Origin: the human T2T-CHM13v2.0 reference genome, Homo sapiens
NCBI RefSeq assembly: GCF_009914755.1
Contig: NC_060939.1
Reading direction: 5' to 3' (one strand)
Length of the DNA stretch: 64,000 nucleotides
Position numbers and translations under genes: made by a program. The notes beneath the pieces are model-generated. The model was not told the origin of the DNA. It did not search any database and saw nothing but the letters and a program-made list of their open reading frames with translations. Positions 42,427-58,485 of this stretch are shown here, in pieces. Each line of letters begins with the position of its first letter. Positions within the stretch are counted from its first letter, which is position 1.

Positions 42427-43873
42427 GAAGTAGAAAAAGTGGAATGCTTCTTTAGAAATGGGGTAAGATTTTGAAGGTATATAGAAGTGGAAAACTCAAA
42501 AATGTAATTGATCACAAATGTGATGCTCAAAACTTAAAGGCCAATTATCTAAAAGTCAAAACCAAATAAAAAAACTATCAACAAGCTGGAAAAAAAAACA
42601 ATAAAATTGACATCTCACAATAAATAAGAAGAAACAGCTCACCTCTAAATATAAAAATGGGCCAAGTATATTAACAGATAATTTAATAGAAGAAAAAAGT
42701 CAAACTGTTTAGTAAACATAAGAAAAAAAATCAAAGAAATGCATGTTTAAGCTACACAAAATTATTATATCTTTAAAAAATATTTAAAGACATGGCAAGT
42801 GTTCAAAACATAATATTGAGAATGAAAGTGAATGCACTTACGCTCAATTTTATGAAAAATAAAGGAAAGACAGGGATGGAAGGAAATACATCAGATATGC
42901 TAACAGTGGCTATTTCTAGGTAGGTAGATTAGAGAATATTTTGAATTTCTTTAATGGTGCTCTGTGGACTTTGCTCATAACAGATGTTACTTTGCTGAAG
43001 CAATTATGAAGAAAGAATTTATGCACATACAAAGGCATCTCTCATCACTGACTTTCACAGGAAGGACACCTCCTGAGTTGCGGACAAGCCTTTAGAAAAG
43101 ACAGTCAACATCCTTATGAAAATCTGCACAAAAGGGGAACAAAGAAGGGTTGCCAAGTGTTCCCCATTGGTCTAAATCCACTGGGGCTTTCTGGAGCCCT
43201 AGCAGTTCAGTGGAGTTTCCCTGGGGGAGCCTGGGTATGCAGCCCCCACGCCAACATGGATCTCTGCCCTCACCCCCTCACTGCCTCTGGCTTCTTCCTA
43301 CTTTCTCATCTTGCCCCGGCCTCTTCTAACATCACCACCCTGAGGGTTCAACTACTTCATCCTTACAAGATAAATATCATTTAAAATCTTTTTAAAACTT
43401 TGGGTTCCTGAGCTTTTAAAGACAGTATCTGGGGCTGAAAACTCCACTGGGTTTTCCCTTGGCAAGAATCTAAGATATCCCCATATATGGATGTCCACCC
43501 TCTGTTTGGCCCTGGCTTCTCACTCTGTTGTAGAAAGTTCTTTCTCACATGAGCTGAGCTACTGTCAGTCCTAGCTCTGGCCTAAGGAAACCCACAGAAC
43601 AAACATAATTATTTTCCTTTTTCATATTATAATATTTGTATTGTAGAATATACAGATAAGCAAAATGAAGAAAATGAAAACCACTTGTAATCTACCATCT
43701 AAATATAACTCATGGTAACACCTTCAGGGTCTAGTCTTTAATGTTGATTCTCATACAATCACACACACTCTAAACAACAAAATAAAGTAATGCTGGGTAT
43801 ACTTCTTTTCTAACTTTTTTTTTTCACTTGATATACAGGCATCTTCTATGCAACTTCAACTATCTCTTAGTGA

Positions 43874-44254
<381 letters not shown>

Positions 44255-44653
44255 TAATAGTTACAGATCAACTCTAAATGATGTCATTGGGTCGTTGTGA
44301 AGATTAATAATAACTGTAAAGGGCTATGCACAGAACCTGGAACTGGAGAAAGCTTCAAATGAAGAATAAGGCCAAATGTCTACTCTAATTATCTGTTGAA
44401 GAAAGTTATGAGTTCCTTGAGACCCAGTTGGTTCTCTCTATTATGAAGGGTCTGTGTATGGGTAGGGGGTTATGTGGTCCCTTGTGACACACTCTCCTAT
44501 AGCATCATTCTTTGTCCCTGGGCTGTGTCTCAGATGTTCACAGGTAAAGGTTTCATCTTATCCTGCACAGATGGTTCTGAGCAAAGGGCCACAACTCTAG
44601 GGCCCAAGGTAGGTTAGTCTAGTAGACATGACAATGAAAATCTACCTAATGTT

Positions 44654-45020
<367 letters not shown>

Positions 45021-45596
45021 TTACTGAATAAGGAGTGCTACTGCTGAGGGATGAGTACGGAGAGGTGAAAATTGCTATGCTGGTTTACTTCTGCGGTTTT
45101 GTGGGTTTAGAAATTAAGAATTTCTAAAGTAGGAGGAAAGTAGGAAAGTGAAGAAGAGCAGGAACCAGAGCCTAGTTGGCAGGCAGGAAAGCGGGGTTCC
45201 CATGGACTTTTATAACACAGGCCAATAAACAATGCTGGCAGGAACCTGGCCTCCTGGTGCAACGCGCGGATTGTGTAAGCTGTGTGGGTGGTGGGGCTGG
45301 GAGAAGCAGCAGCTGCCGTGTGCGTGCACGGTATGCTCTTTGCTGCCAGGATTGAGTCATTGCTCAAACCCATCCTAGGCTAGCCAGGGGTTAAAAAGGC
45401 ACAGAGCATGGCACATGCCCATCTAAGCCACTGCCACTGGTTGGGATCCTGGGAACTGTAAAGAAGGGAGAGTCTTTAGGAGGGCAGAGGGTTCAGCGGG
45501 TACCTAGCCAGGTGGTCACTTATGGTCAGTTAGAGTATCAGAGGCCATGCTACCCTCCTAGGAACACATAGGGTCAATGCTTTGGGTAGAATCTAA

Positions 45597-45902
<306 letters not shown>

Positions 45903-46269
45903 TCTAACTTGATTTTTAAGGTGAAGATTCCAAGCCCAAGCTGGGACTTCAAAACAAAGAGTACTCTTTGTTATTCTGGTTGAGCCCCCATGTTGAATGC
46001 ATTGCATCTACCCTGCTTCAGAGGCTTGGTTTAAAGAGAGATGATCTCCCACCCTGTGATGCGTAAGGCCTCAAGCTGCCATCTAGTGAGTGCCTTGTCA
46101 GCCCTGCTGTCAGTGTTCCAGCCAAATTTGCAGAGAAGCCTTGCTCAGTTGTGATTTCCAACATCTCAGAACCCATCGGAACAACACTGAGGCGGAAGGA
46201 TTCCAAGGGCTTGCTGGGCTCCAGGCACTCGGATAAACATTTCTGTGAATGACAGACAGTGTGGTGGTG

Positions 46270-46530
46270 AGACACAGGATTTAGTGTCCGACTGTGTGGG
46301 TTCAAATCCCGACTCTACTGTTCACCAGTTGTGTGAGGCTGGACATGTTCCCTAACCTCAGCATGTCTGTTTCCTTTTCTGTGCAGTGTATGTGTGTGTG
46401 CATGTGTCTATGTGCAGGTGCTTGTAATAAAAGTGACGACTTTATAGAGTTGTTGTCAGGCTTAAATGAGATAACACATGGAGAATGCTTAGAACAGTGA
46501 CTGCAGTGCAGCCAACACTCAATGTTTTAG
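46270..46530 (+). mobile_element. MIR SINE
   Basis: TGGGTTCAAATCCCGACTCTAC...TAACCTC...TTAAATGAGATAA...TGCTTAGAACAGTG. Confidence 0.75.
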
Positions 46531-47224
46531 TACCTCATTCCAGCAACAGTATGAGGGAATGCCAGGGCCACGACTCTATCCCAGGTGGGTGAGGCTGAGA
46601 CACGGGCCATCACGCCTTGACCTAAGGGCAAACATCTTGTAAGTGCTTGAATCAAAACTTACATCCCAACAGTCTGGCACTGTGTGAACTTTAAGCTACA
46701 ATGCTCTATGGCTTAACTAAATCGAATTGATTCATGTGTTGTCACTCTCTTCATGGTGATTGATGTTTCAACTCAGTGTTTCTTACTACAATCTAAGACC
46801 TTTGTTACTTACTTTGCCCTTCGTGGATTAAGCAAAGTAGTCTGTTTAGGGTTACTTATTCCGTATTTTATTCTCTCGGAGAGTTTAATAAAGTTTGGCC
46901 TCAGTGTTTCCTACGTGAAATAGATGGGTTTAATTCTTTGTGGCTAGTCTTTGATCCAGTCACCCTCCCCACTTCCAGCCGCCTCACCTGCTTTCCTATT
47001 GCTTACTTTCAGAGGAAGAGAAGTAACTGCTAGTAGCAAATCTGCTCACTTTGTACCTAGGGTACAAGATTCCCACGAAAACATAACAGGGAGATATTCT
47101 GCAGCAAGGCAGAGTGAATTTGGCTTGCTGCCTGATTTTCGTCTGGTGCAATAGGATTTACTTTAGGCCTGGAGATAAGGGCTAGTCCTTCTTTATTTTA
47201 TTGTGATCTTGTTCTTCCTTCTAG

Positions 47225-47317
47225 GGTGTTTCCCTCCAATCACCAGGCTCTGGGTTGTGTTTCTGTCCACCTGGGCTCTCATGTCAGATTCCAGCTCACC
47301 ACATAGGTGTGCAGAAG
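47225..47317 (+). other. Candidate 93-bp internal exon (probably non-coding transcript)
   Basis: Acceptor TCTTGTTCTTCCTTCTAG|G and consensus donor AAG|GTGAGT. Confidence 0.4.
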
Positions 47318-47394
47318 GTGAGTGCCTAGGTAGTTACTTCATTATGTTGCTCCAAAGCCTCGGACACACATGCCTTCTGCACTCTGGTACTTAG

Positions 47395-47921
47395 TTTTTT
47401 GTTTTTTCAAACTTGCTGAGAACATTTATTGCTGCCAATTGAGATTAATGAAACATAGAGTGTCTTTGATAAAGATGAACTGAGGGGAATACCATCTGTT
47501 TCTTTTGGTGGCAGGCCTTTGTTATCTAGCTGTCACAGTACTGGGTGGGCTCATCCTGAGTGGATGCCCTTGCCTCTTCTTCTGGGACTTCTTAGAGGTA
47601 GCACCTGCTCCCTAATAACTAGCTTTGCTGAACAGTTTGAAGACGCCTCATTTTTGGTTTTTGCTTTTGAGGAGTTCTCAGTTTTTTAGTTTTTAGGAAA
47701 CTGTCCTCTAATTGGTATAGAAAGTCTTCATTTCGTCCAACTTTTTGGATTGTATTCCACACAAGTTCTTTATTGTTTCTTCTTCCTTCAAGGGTGTCCG
47801 TAGCATCTGCCATTAATGACTGAAGCAATTCTGCCTCCTGTTGACTGATGTCCCATAGACATGTTTGGCTGCATTCACTGAGATGCCAGCTACTCCAACT
47901 ACCTTTGGCTTGTTGTACAGT
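47395..47921 (-). pseudogene. Candidate 5'-truncated processed pseudogene or terminal-exon remnant; parent not recognised
   Basis: 100 open codons (47921-47622) ending ...KMRRLQTVQQS*, ~190-nt 3' UTR, AATAAA (+47425-47430), then A6CA6 tract 17 nt downstream; no clear TSD. Confidence 0.5.
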
Positions 47922-49531
47922 TCAAGGTCTCATTAAATTACCTGTTCAGTATAGAGCATCCTGGTCAACAATCAGTGAGGCAAAGCCCTTGGGAAGTCTA
48001 GGACAATGATGGGTGAGCAAGTTGATGGGAAATAGTGCTGGCCTCAAAGTCCATGACCTGGATTCCAGGTCAGTGCCAGTCAATCTGCCAGATATGTTCG
48101 TGGTCCAGGTCCCCTTACTGTTTTGGGCTTTGGCTGAACAAGATGATCTTTAGTAGGGTTGTTTCCAGTTGCAAAATGACATGATTCTAGGATTTGGGAA
48201 GAGCTGTGCTTCCTAGTTTATTCTGGAAGCATGGGTGTTGCTTTTGAGCCAGAACCGGTTTATAATCCAGGTCAGTTTCATTCTGATTTTATGGCTCTGG
48301 GATTTTGGTCCCTTGACTTTCAAGTGGGGATAATAATGCTCACTTTGCAGAGTTATAAAGGAATAGGGCTCAGGTACAGAGAAAATTTTGCATAGCCTCA
48401 GCACATGGTAGCCACCCAACACCTGTGAGGCCTCCTGGCAACTCATGTGTATCTATAAATGCCCAGCAGCACTGAGGCAGGGCAGCCCACTGGTGATAGG
48501 GACAAAGGCACTTTAGAAAGAAAGTGAAAAGATCATTCTCGGCACCCTCTCATGGGGCTCCTTAATCAGAGTTGGCCACTTTCTCCCAAAGAAATGGATG
48601 GCTGTTGTTGGGTAATTAGTGCCCTGGGCAGAGCCAAGACCAGGGCACAGTGAGAGCCTTTGTTTTAGGCTTGTAAATTTCAACACAGGTTGGAAGGAAC
48701 AAAACCCCAATTCATTTGACAGACACTCCAAATCTGATTCTGTGGACTGAGCCAAGGGAGAGACTGCCTGGCAGCCCCAGGAGTGGTTGGCCAACTGGGC
48801 GGCTCCAGAAGGGCCGAAAGATGCTGGGAGACACGGAGGGCAGCCTTGTGACTATAGGAGGCAGAAACTGGCCATTGTCCGTGCAGTGGGGGTGTGAGCA
48901 GCCTTTCGCCCTGGCAGTGTGGTCTGCCCAGCAAATGCTCAGGAAGTCTATTCTAGAATAGACCCAAGGGCAGCACTGTTGTGGTGCCCGCCAACTCTTG
49001 GCTGCCTCTTATCTTCCAGTTTGAGTGCTTTGAGAACCACTGAATGAAATCTTGCAAGTACTGCAGATTTATTTATCATGTTGGTCATGGGAGGTGCAAA
49101 GTATTGATGGACATGTAGATATTTGCCAGGCAGAGGGGTTGGCCCACAAAAGAGAGTTCTAGTAAAGAAAGCAGCATGTGAAAAATTTAGGGGTTTAGAC
49201 AAGGTGGCACATAGGGGGATGGCGTTTCAGTATGACCAAATTATAGATTGCAAAAGGCGGCGTGAGGAGAGAAGAAATGGTCCTCAGTGGATGTTCTATG
49301 CAGCATAGATGTAATAGATACAAAGACTTAGGATCCTTCTTTTATCATTTTAAATTTTATTTTATTTTGATACATCATATTTGTACCAATTTTTATGGGG
49401 GGCATGTGATATTTTATTACATACACAGAATGAGCAATGATCAAGTCAGGGTATTTGGGGTGTCCATCACTTTGAGTATTTATTATTTCTGTGTGTTGGG
49501 AACATTTCAAGTCCTCTCTTCCAGCTATTTA

Positions 49532-50466
<935 letters not shown>

Positions 50467-52215
50467 AAAAATATACAATGCATTGTTGTAAATGATAGTC
50501 ACCCTACTCCGCTACTGAACACTGTCTAACTGTATGTTTGTACGCATTAACCAGCCTCTCTTCATCCTCACCCCAGTGCACCCTTCCCAGCCTCTGGTAA
50601 CTACCATTCTACTCTCTATCTCCATGCAATCCACCTATTTTAGTTCTCACATATCAGTGAGAATATCTGATATTTGTCTTTTGTGCGTGGCTTCTTTCAT
50701 GTAACACGATGACCTCCAGTTCCATCCATATTGTCGCAAATGACATAATTTCCTTCTTTTTTAGGGCCAAATAGTATTTCATTGTGTATATACATGAATT
50801 TCTTAGGACTCTTTTTCTGGCAAGGAAAGAATGTGGCAATATCCAAGGGAGTTTGATCTGGTGACTTTTCTTCAGCCTCTGATACATTTAAATGATAGAG
50901 AAAGAGAAATGTGTGACTTTTGTCACCTTGTCCTGGGTGGCCTCCAACCTAATCCACTCCGCCTTCCTCCTCACACCCCAATACATCCTCCAGATGGAGA
51001 TTTTCATTGTGGACAAGTGGGTGTTCAAAATTCACATGTGCCACTTATATTGTTATGCATACAATGTTATATATATTGTTTGTTGGAGGGAAGTCATGTG
51101 AAGTAAACTAGCATTTATTGGTGCTTTTTATGTGTTAAACACCATAGTAGATACTTCAGACACTTTAATGAAGAGAAAAAGCAGGTCAACCCCAAACCAA
51201 CTGTTAGTGCTTCTGCTTTCCAAGGGAGATATGAAACAATTCCTATCAGTTGGACACTGTATGGACACTTAGAGATTGCTGGAGCAAGGAGAGGATGTCT
51301 GACATTCTGATAGTTCTGGGTTGCTAAAGGATAAGCCAGAGTAAGGGGTCTTTCGTTCATCAAAAACCTCAAGTCTATGGCCATGGAAAGGTAGGCATCA
51401 GGGTGGAAAGCTAGTTGGTCCTGTATTATACGGGGTTGAAAATTGAACTTCTGGGCGAGGGGCGGCAGGGGTGGTCTTGAGGACCAAGGGGATCCAGAAA
51501 ACAGAGAAGCAGGAAGAAGTGAGAATCCCGAGAAGGAGTGAGTGCATTTGGAAGGGTGGGCTGGCATAGCAGAAGGCTGGAACCTGCAGGGAATGTGGCC
51601 CCTGGGAAATTGCTGGTGTTGGCTCAGCCATGAGCCTGCTGAAAAGACAGAAGCTGGATGCCCCGTTTTAAATTGTTTGGGTTTAAATTGTGTGGGCCAT
51701 GACATTTCCTCCCCATGGCCACAAACCCTCAGCAAAACCTGCTTCACACCAAATGCCCCCTGTGACTGTGTTTTAAGGAGAGCTGGCTGAGTTACACAGT
51801 CTGTGCTGGGATAGAGCAGTGAGACCAGCTGATGAAGCTGGGAGATGAGTGAAATCAAAGTTTGGGAAGAGCTGCCATTTGGAGCCAAAGTGACCACCAG
51901 GATGTACACTCTGGGGATGTCAGGGTGGATGTGAGACTTTGCCAGGACATAGGGTTGTACTTGAATCAATTTTATTCAAATTTCAGAGGGCAGGGTGACC
52001 TCAGTTGATGTCCACTTGAGTTTCAATTATGCTGTTTCAATAAACACGATCTCCATTTTACAGATGAAAGAGACAAAGCATAGAGATGCTCACAGATTGG
52101 CCTGTCACGCAGCCCCTAGATGGTGGTTCTGGGCCAGGGTACTCCAATGTTCATGTCAGCAAGGTGGAGGAACTTAGAGAACCACAAATCCACACTATCA
52201 AAGGATTTGAGATGC

Positions 52216-52546
52216 TTGAGGTTGGCAAATTCCTCCGTAACAGCCAAATGGTAAAGATTTTAGGCTTTGCAGACCATTCCGTCTTTATCATAACTACTCA
52301 GTTCTGCTGCTGTAACCGGAAAGCAGCCATAGACAGTGTGAATGAATGAGTGTGTCTGTGTTCCAATAAAAGTTCATTTGTGGACACCGAAATGTGAATT
52401 GTGTATAATTTTCAAGTGTCAGAAAATATTATTCTTAAAAATTTTTCATCCTGTAAAAAATGTAAAAATCACCCCTAGCTCAGAGGCTATTCAAAACCAG
52501 GCAGTGGGCTGGATTGGGTCCTGAGGCCATGATGTGCTACACACTG
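52216..52546 (+). mobile_element. MER58B-like hAT-Charlie element
   Basis: GGTTGGCAAA...TTTTAGGCTTTGCAGACCA...AAAGCAGCCATAGACA...TGTGTTCCAATAAAA. Confidence 0.8.
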
Positions 52547-52616
52547 CCCTGCACTGCACAATTCAGTTATTTATCAGATGTTTTAGTGAATAAGTGGGTC
52601 AATGAGAGAGCTGTCA

Positions 52617-53248
<632 letters not shown>

Positions 53249-55458
53249 TCAAGTTTTTAGGGCTAGTTTATTTTTTCTCTTACTCTCTTTTCTTGCCCCT
53301 TGCTCTCTTCTCACTCGAATCCTATTAACGTCCTCTCTTTTGACTCTGCGTCCTCAAACATACTGTATTTCAAGACTGGTGGGATTATCGTATCCAAAAG
53401 CATCTCAGGGAAAAACAGCTGGAATATCTAGGATAAGAAGGCAAACTGGCAAGAGGTGAAGGGGAGTGTAATTGCCCTTCTTTTTGTTGACCTGCAAAGC
53501 CGCATGCTTTAACCATCTCATGATAGCAGGATTTTTCTGTGTGTACGTGGTTTTTTCTTTTCTTTCTTTCTTTTTTTTTTTCTTGAGAGTCAAATGTAAT
53601 ACTCTCGTATTTTCCTTTTTTTGTTTTTCAGGGAAATATAAGAGGAATTCATTTTCTTTGGGATTAACAAAATCTTTCTTCTTTTATGTTGGCAACATGA
53701 GGTTTTAGCAGATCTCTGATCTTGTACTGAATAAAAAATATGGTATCACAATGGTGCACGGAGGCTGGGAGCTTGAACTCAATTTGGATTATGGAGTACA
53801 GCAGTGGGCCTGCTGCAGCTAATAGAGGCGGGTCTTTGGAGGTGATGCGGAGGGACGGCCCCAGGGGACCCAGCCCTACCCGCCCTGCCTGTTGTTCCAC
53901 CCTAATCTGAGGCCAGTTACCAGGAGGCTGAGCCTCACTCAGATGCTCAGAGGCGGCAGGCCAGCATCAAGCTGTCAGCCAGGTGGAGGCGAGGTGCTGC
54001 CGTGCAAAAGCCGGACGGACAGCGAGTGGGGAAGTGTAGGAGAGTCGGGATGTTGGTTGAGCCATTTAACCTCCCCGAGTCTCAGTTCCTCCATCTCTAA
54101 ACTTGGGTTAATCCCATCCGTGTCTCAAGGCCTCAGCAGTCTAGGGGTGCAGAAGGGATCCCCGTGACACGTTTGGGAGTTTTGTTAGCTTCTCACTGGG
54201 TAACTGCACGATCTCAGCACTTTTCTCTCTCCTGGTTCTCACCAATCTCTCATTTTTCTTGTTATTTCTTCCCCTTTTCCGGTGGTGACTTAAATGTATA
54301 CTGACACAGTCCACTGTATTTTCGCATTCCCACCGCGGTGTTGTCTGGCCCAGCAGCAGCGCGGCTGACTCCCGGAGTCCCACCGCCACTCAGGAAAACA
54401 GTTCTTTGGGCTCCAACATTGCACACCCAATGGGGACTCCAGCCTGGCTGTCGGGGACAGAGTGGGGCCATGCTCCCCATTTCCTTGTGTTTCTTACCAT
54501 TCCCCAAGTGGTGTGCCAATCTTTTCCCCTTTTCTATCAAACAAATCCTCAGCACCTATTTCCTGGTGCACAAATGCTTGAGATGCTGCTGGTCCTGTAT
54601 CCCCTATCTTAGCCCCAGGCAGCCTGCCGTGGATGTGTTATGCATCTGCTACGTATCTGTGTACACAGGGCTCTTGAGAGGGTTTGTGTGAATGGCATGG
54701 AATCAAATTTGATCATGGGAGCAGCCCACAATTGTTGAGTGCTTTCGCTGTATGCCAGGGGCTGCTGGGTGATGAGCCCGTTGTGTGCTTTTTCTCACAG
54801 AATCCGCTAAACAACCTATTTTCAGAAAGCGAGCCCTGGAGAAGAGAAATGAGCAAAAAACTTAGTGGCCCCAGCAGGATTCAAACCCAGGCATTCTGTT
54901 TCTAGGACCTGCCTTCTGAAGCACCACTGTGTGTTTGTAAATGACTTTCCCCAAGACTGGCACATGGTCACTGTCTGGTACCTGTCAACCCTAGCTGTAA
55001 ATTGATGCTGTCTCCTCAATCTCCTCCTGGTAAAGGCAGGACAGACACAGACAGAGACAGGAGAGAAGACGAACAAAAGCCCAAAAGGGCTGGCCCAGGC
55101 AGTGAATATTGCTGGTTCTGAGGAGAAGCGCTGCTGGTGGGCTGGGATTTCATGTGGAGACTTGAGGGTACAGGGAGTAGAGGTAAAGAAAAGGGAAGTC
55201 AAGGCAGGGGATATAGGAGCCATCAGCTCTTTGAAAGCCAATATTTCTCAGATGTTGGGAGCTTCTTGTGTCAGAATTATTTAGGGTAATAGTTTAAAAT
55301 TATCTGAGATGCCAGTTGAAACATACCCCTTTTACAAATTGTAATGCAACACACAGAATATAATTCCTACCTCATGGGGATGTTGTGGATACCAAAGGGC
55401 ACCGACGTCAGCTTCTTCCCTAGTGTCCTGTTTAAGGTGCTTCTGTTTTCATTTCTAG

Positions 55459-56115
<657 letters not shown>

Positions 56116-56368
56116 AGAAATCTTAGAACACTGCTTTGCTCACCTGCTCTGGGACCTTAATGACAACCTACACAATATCAAATCCCTTGACTGGCAACCA
56201 GGAACCTCCAGACTTTGGCCCAAATGACCCTGCCAGGTCTATTTCTTATTTTCTTCTGTAAAGTCACTCCATTGGGCAAAGCGAAATTCTACCTGTTGCC
56301 TTCACAATAATTTCGAATGTTTCCTTTTTCATTTCTCTCTGTCTCTGTTCCCTCACCTATGGAACGGG

Positions 56369-56650
56369 TTTTTTTTTTTTATTTGAGACGGAGTCTCACT
56401 CTGTCGCCCAGGCCATCTTGGCTCACTGCCACCTCTGCCTCCCAGGGTGAAGCGATTCTCCTGCATCAGCCTCCCGAGTAGATGGGATTACAGGCACCTG
56501 TCACTCCGCCTGGCTAATTTTTGTATTTTTAGTAGAGATGGGGTTTTACCATGTTGGCCAGGCTGGTCTCAAACTCCTGACCCCAAGTGATCTGCCTGCC
56601 TTGGCCTCCCAAAATGCTAGGATTATAGGTGTGAGCCACCGCACCCAGCC
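56369..56650 (-). mobile_element. AluS with ~15-bp internal deletion
   Basis: CCCAGGC|CATCTTGG lacks TGGAGTGCAGTGGC; TSD TGGAACGGG. Confidence 0.92.
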
Positions 56651-58322
56651 TGGAACGGGATTTTAATGATAACTATTGCGATAATCCATGAAAGTGCTTA
56701 GAGCAGCGTCTGAAACACAGCATATGGTAAAGGTGGTTCCTGATTCCCAATGTCACTGCAACTTTTTTTTTTTTTTTTTTTCTGGAGCTATGCCTGACTT
56801 GTGTCTTTATCAGTCAATAGACCCAAGAATACTTTCTCTAAATGGATGCAGGTAGACAAAGGCTGTGCAGCTATATTTTATTTTGTAATCCCAGGGAATA
56901 ATTTGACAATTCTATTCATTTCATCAATATTTACTTTGTCTTCAATGCCCAGTGCACTGTGTGAATGACGGTTTTGGCTGGAGTTAAACGTGAACATACA
57001 AATGTCTCCTCGACAAGCCTAAGAGGTCTTATTCACCCATCAAGGCTGCCCCGGCTTACTTCTTCCTCCGTAGCACCATGGACGTGTCCTCCTGGCTTGC
57101 ACAGCTCACAGTTAGTTCTACCTGGCCAAGAATGTAATCGCTCACTACTGTTGCGTGGTATTTTCCTTTTCTAAGCTATACTTCCAGCTTTCAAGAGGCC
57201 AAATATCTTCTGTATTCTAAACAGTCCTGCTATCCATCTTTCCTTTTGTCCAGGATGGCCTTTATCCTCGACGGCAACTATCTGGTAGGCTCCAATGGGG
57301 ACATAGGGAAGCCTTAGGTGAAATTATTTCTAAGGTTCTGCATGAACTGTCCATTATTATGGAATTAATTCTTTTGTTTCAGGGGTCTGGATAAGTTTCT
57401 GATGTTGTTGTCTAGGATCTAGGCGTAGATTCAACAGATACCTCCAGGTACTCTTTTTTGTTATTTTAGGAGAAATGAATTCTGTGTGTAATGCAAACAA
57501 ATAGAAGAATTGTAAGTTAAAGATTTTGTTTATTTGGTTGCTGTATATCAGTCTCCTAATACCTCATGCTTATAATTTTAATTTGTATTTCTTTCGGAAT
57601 TATTGTAACAATATTAAAATGGAAATAAAGGTCAAAAACATCCAATCCCACTACTCTAAACAAAGTGATAGCTTTCAATTTTCTGTGATTCATTTCAGTT
57701 CCTTTTAATATGCACATATACGATTTTTGCACCGTCGTAAGACAGCTGATAATAATTCTAATAAAAAGTAAAGCCATTATTTATGAGAAAAGTTTTACAG
57801 GTCTTTTTATATAAAACAGGCATTTATTCCAAATGTTTGTAAGATGCTGGTGTCAGTTTGACCTACCAGACTCCAGTGAAGAGATGGAGAGCTTCAGGCC
57901 TGCAGGAGGCATGCGGCCAGCAAGCACCGCACTGCAGGACCATCCTTGCCCTGGTCATCCAAACACAAACAATCATTGTGCGGTGGATGGGGTTTCAGGC
58001 TGCGTTGCCAAGCGTTGGGAAATGAAGGCACACAGAGGCCGACGGAGCGTCTTGGGGCCACCCTGAGCTCCTGGCAGCAGAGCAAGGCTGGAGCTCGGCA
58101 CCCAGGCAATTGTGAGCTGGTGATTGGTCACTCTGCCTGGTGCCCCCTTATGACTTTAGTGTTAGGCACTTATTAGGTGAATTAGAGCACTTATCAGTGA
58201 CGGTTGGTTGGTTGGTTGGATGGACAGAATTGCTTCTACCAGGCGGCTGTATTCCCTCCTGCCTGATAGGCACTAAAATAAGACATTCTAGTGGCTTTCA
58301 TTTCAGGTCGAAAATGGACAGC

Positions 58323-58485
58323 TGAGTGTGTGTGATGAGTGTGTGTGAGAGTGTATAAGTATGTGTGTGAGTGTGTGTGAACGGATGTGGCTGCACATGT
58401 GTGTGTGATTGTGCGGGAGTGTGTGTGTCTGAGTGTGGGTGTGAGCATGCATGCATGAGTGTATGAAAACGCGTGTGAGTGTGTG
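58323..58485 (+). repeat. Degenerate (TG)n/(GAGT) low-complexity repeat
   Basis: Interrupted GT dinucleotide runs. Confidence 0.85.

Larger units (their letters stand above)
39030..42950 (+). mobile_element. Highly decayed ancient L1 (ORF2 remnants and 3' UTR pieces), interrupted by MIR, STR and Alu
   Basis: A-rich strand bias; L1 ORF2-like remnants GTAGCTAAAGTTGTACTTAGAGGCAAAT, AAATCTAAGAGCTGGTTT, ACCAAAATAAATTCCAGATGGA. Confidence 0.65.

Noticed and set aside
51115-51969. Longest ORF in the track (284 aa, minus)
   Set aside because: Non-ATG start, Pro/Ser/Leu-rich composition expected from the reverse of G/A-rich DNA, no recognisable domain or exon structure
56940-57480. Complex non-repeat stretch with splice-like signals as a coding exon
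   Set aside because: Stops are frequent on the minus strand and the plus ORF (69 aa) is unrecognisable; a lncRNA exon cannot be excluded
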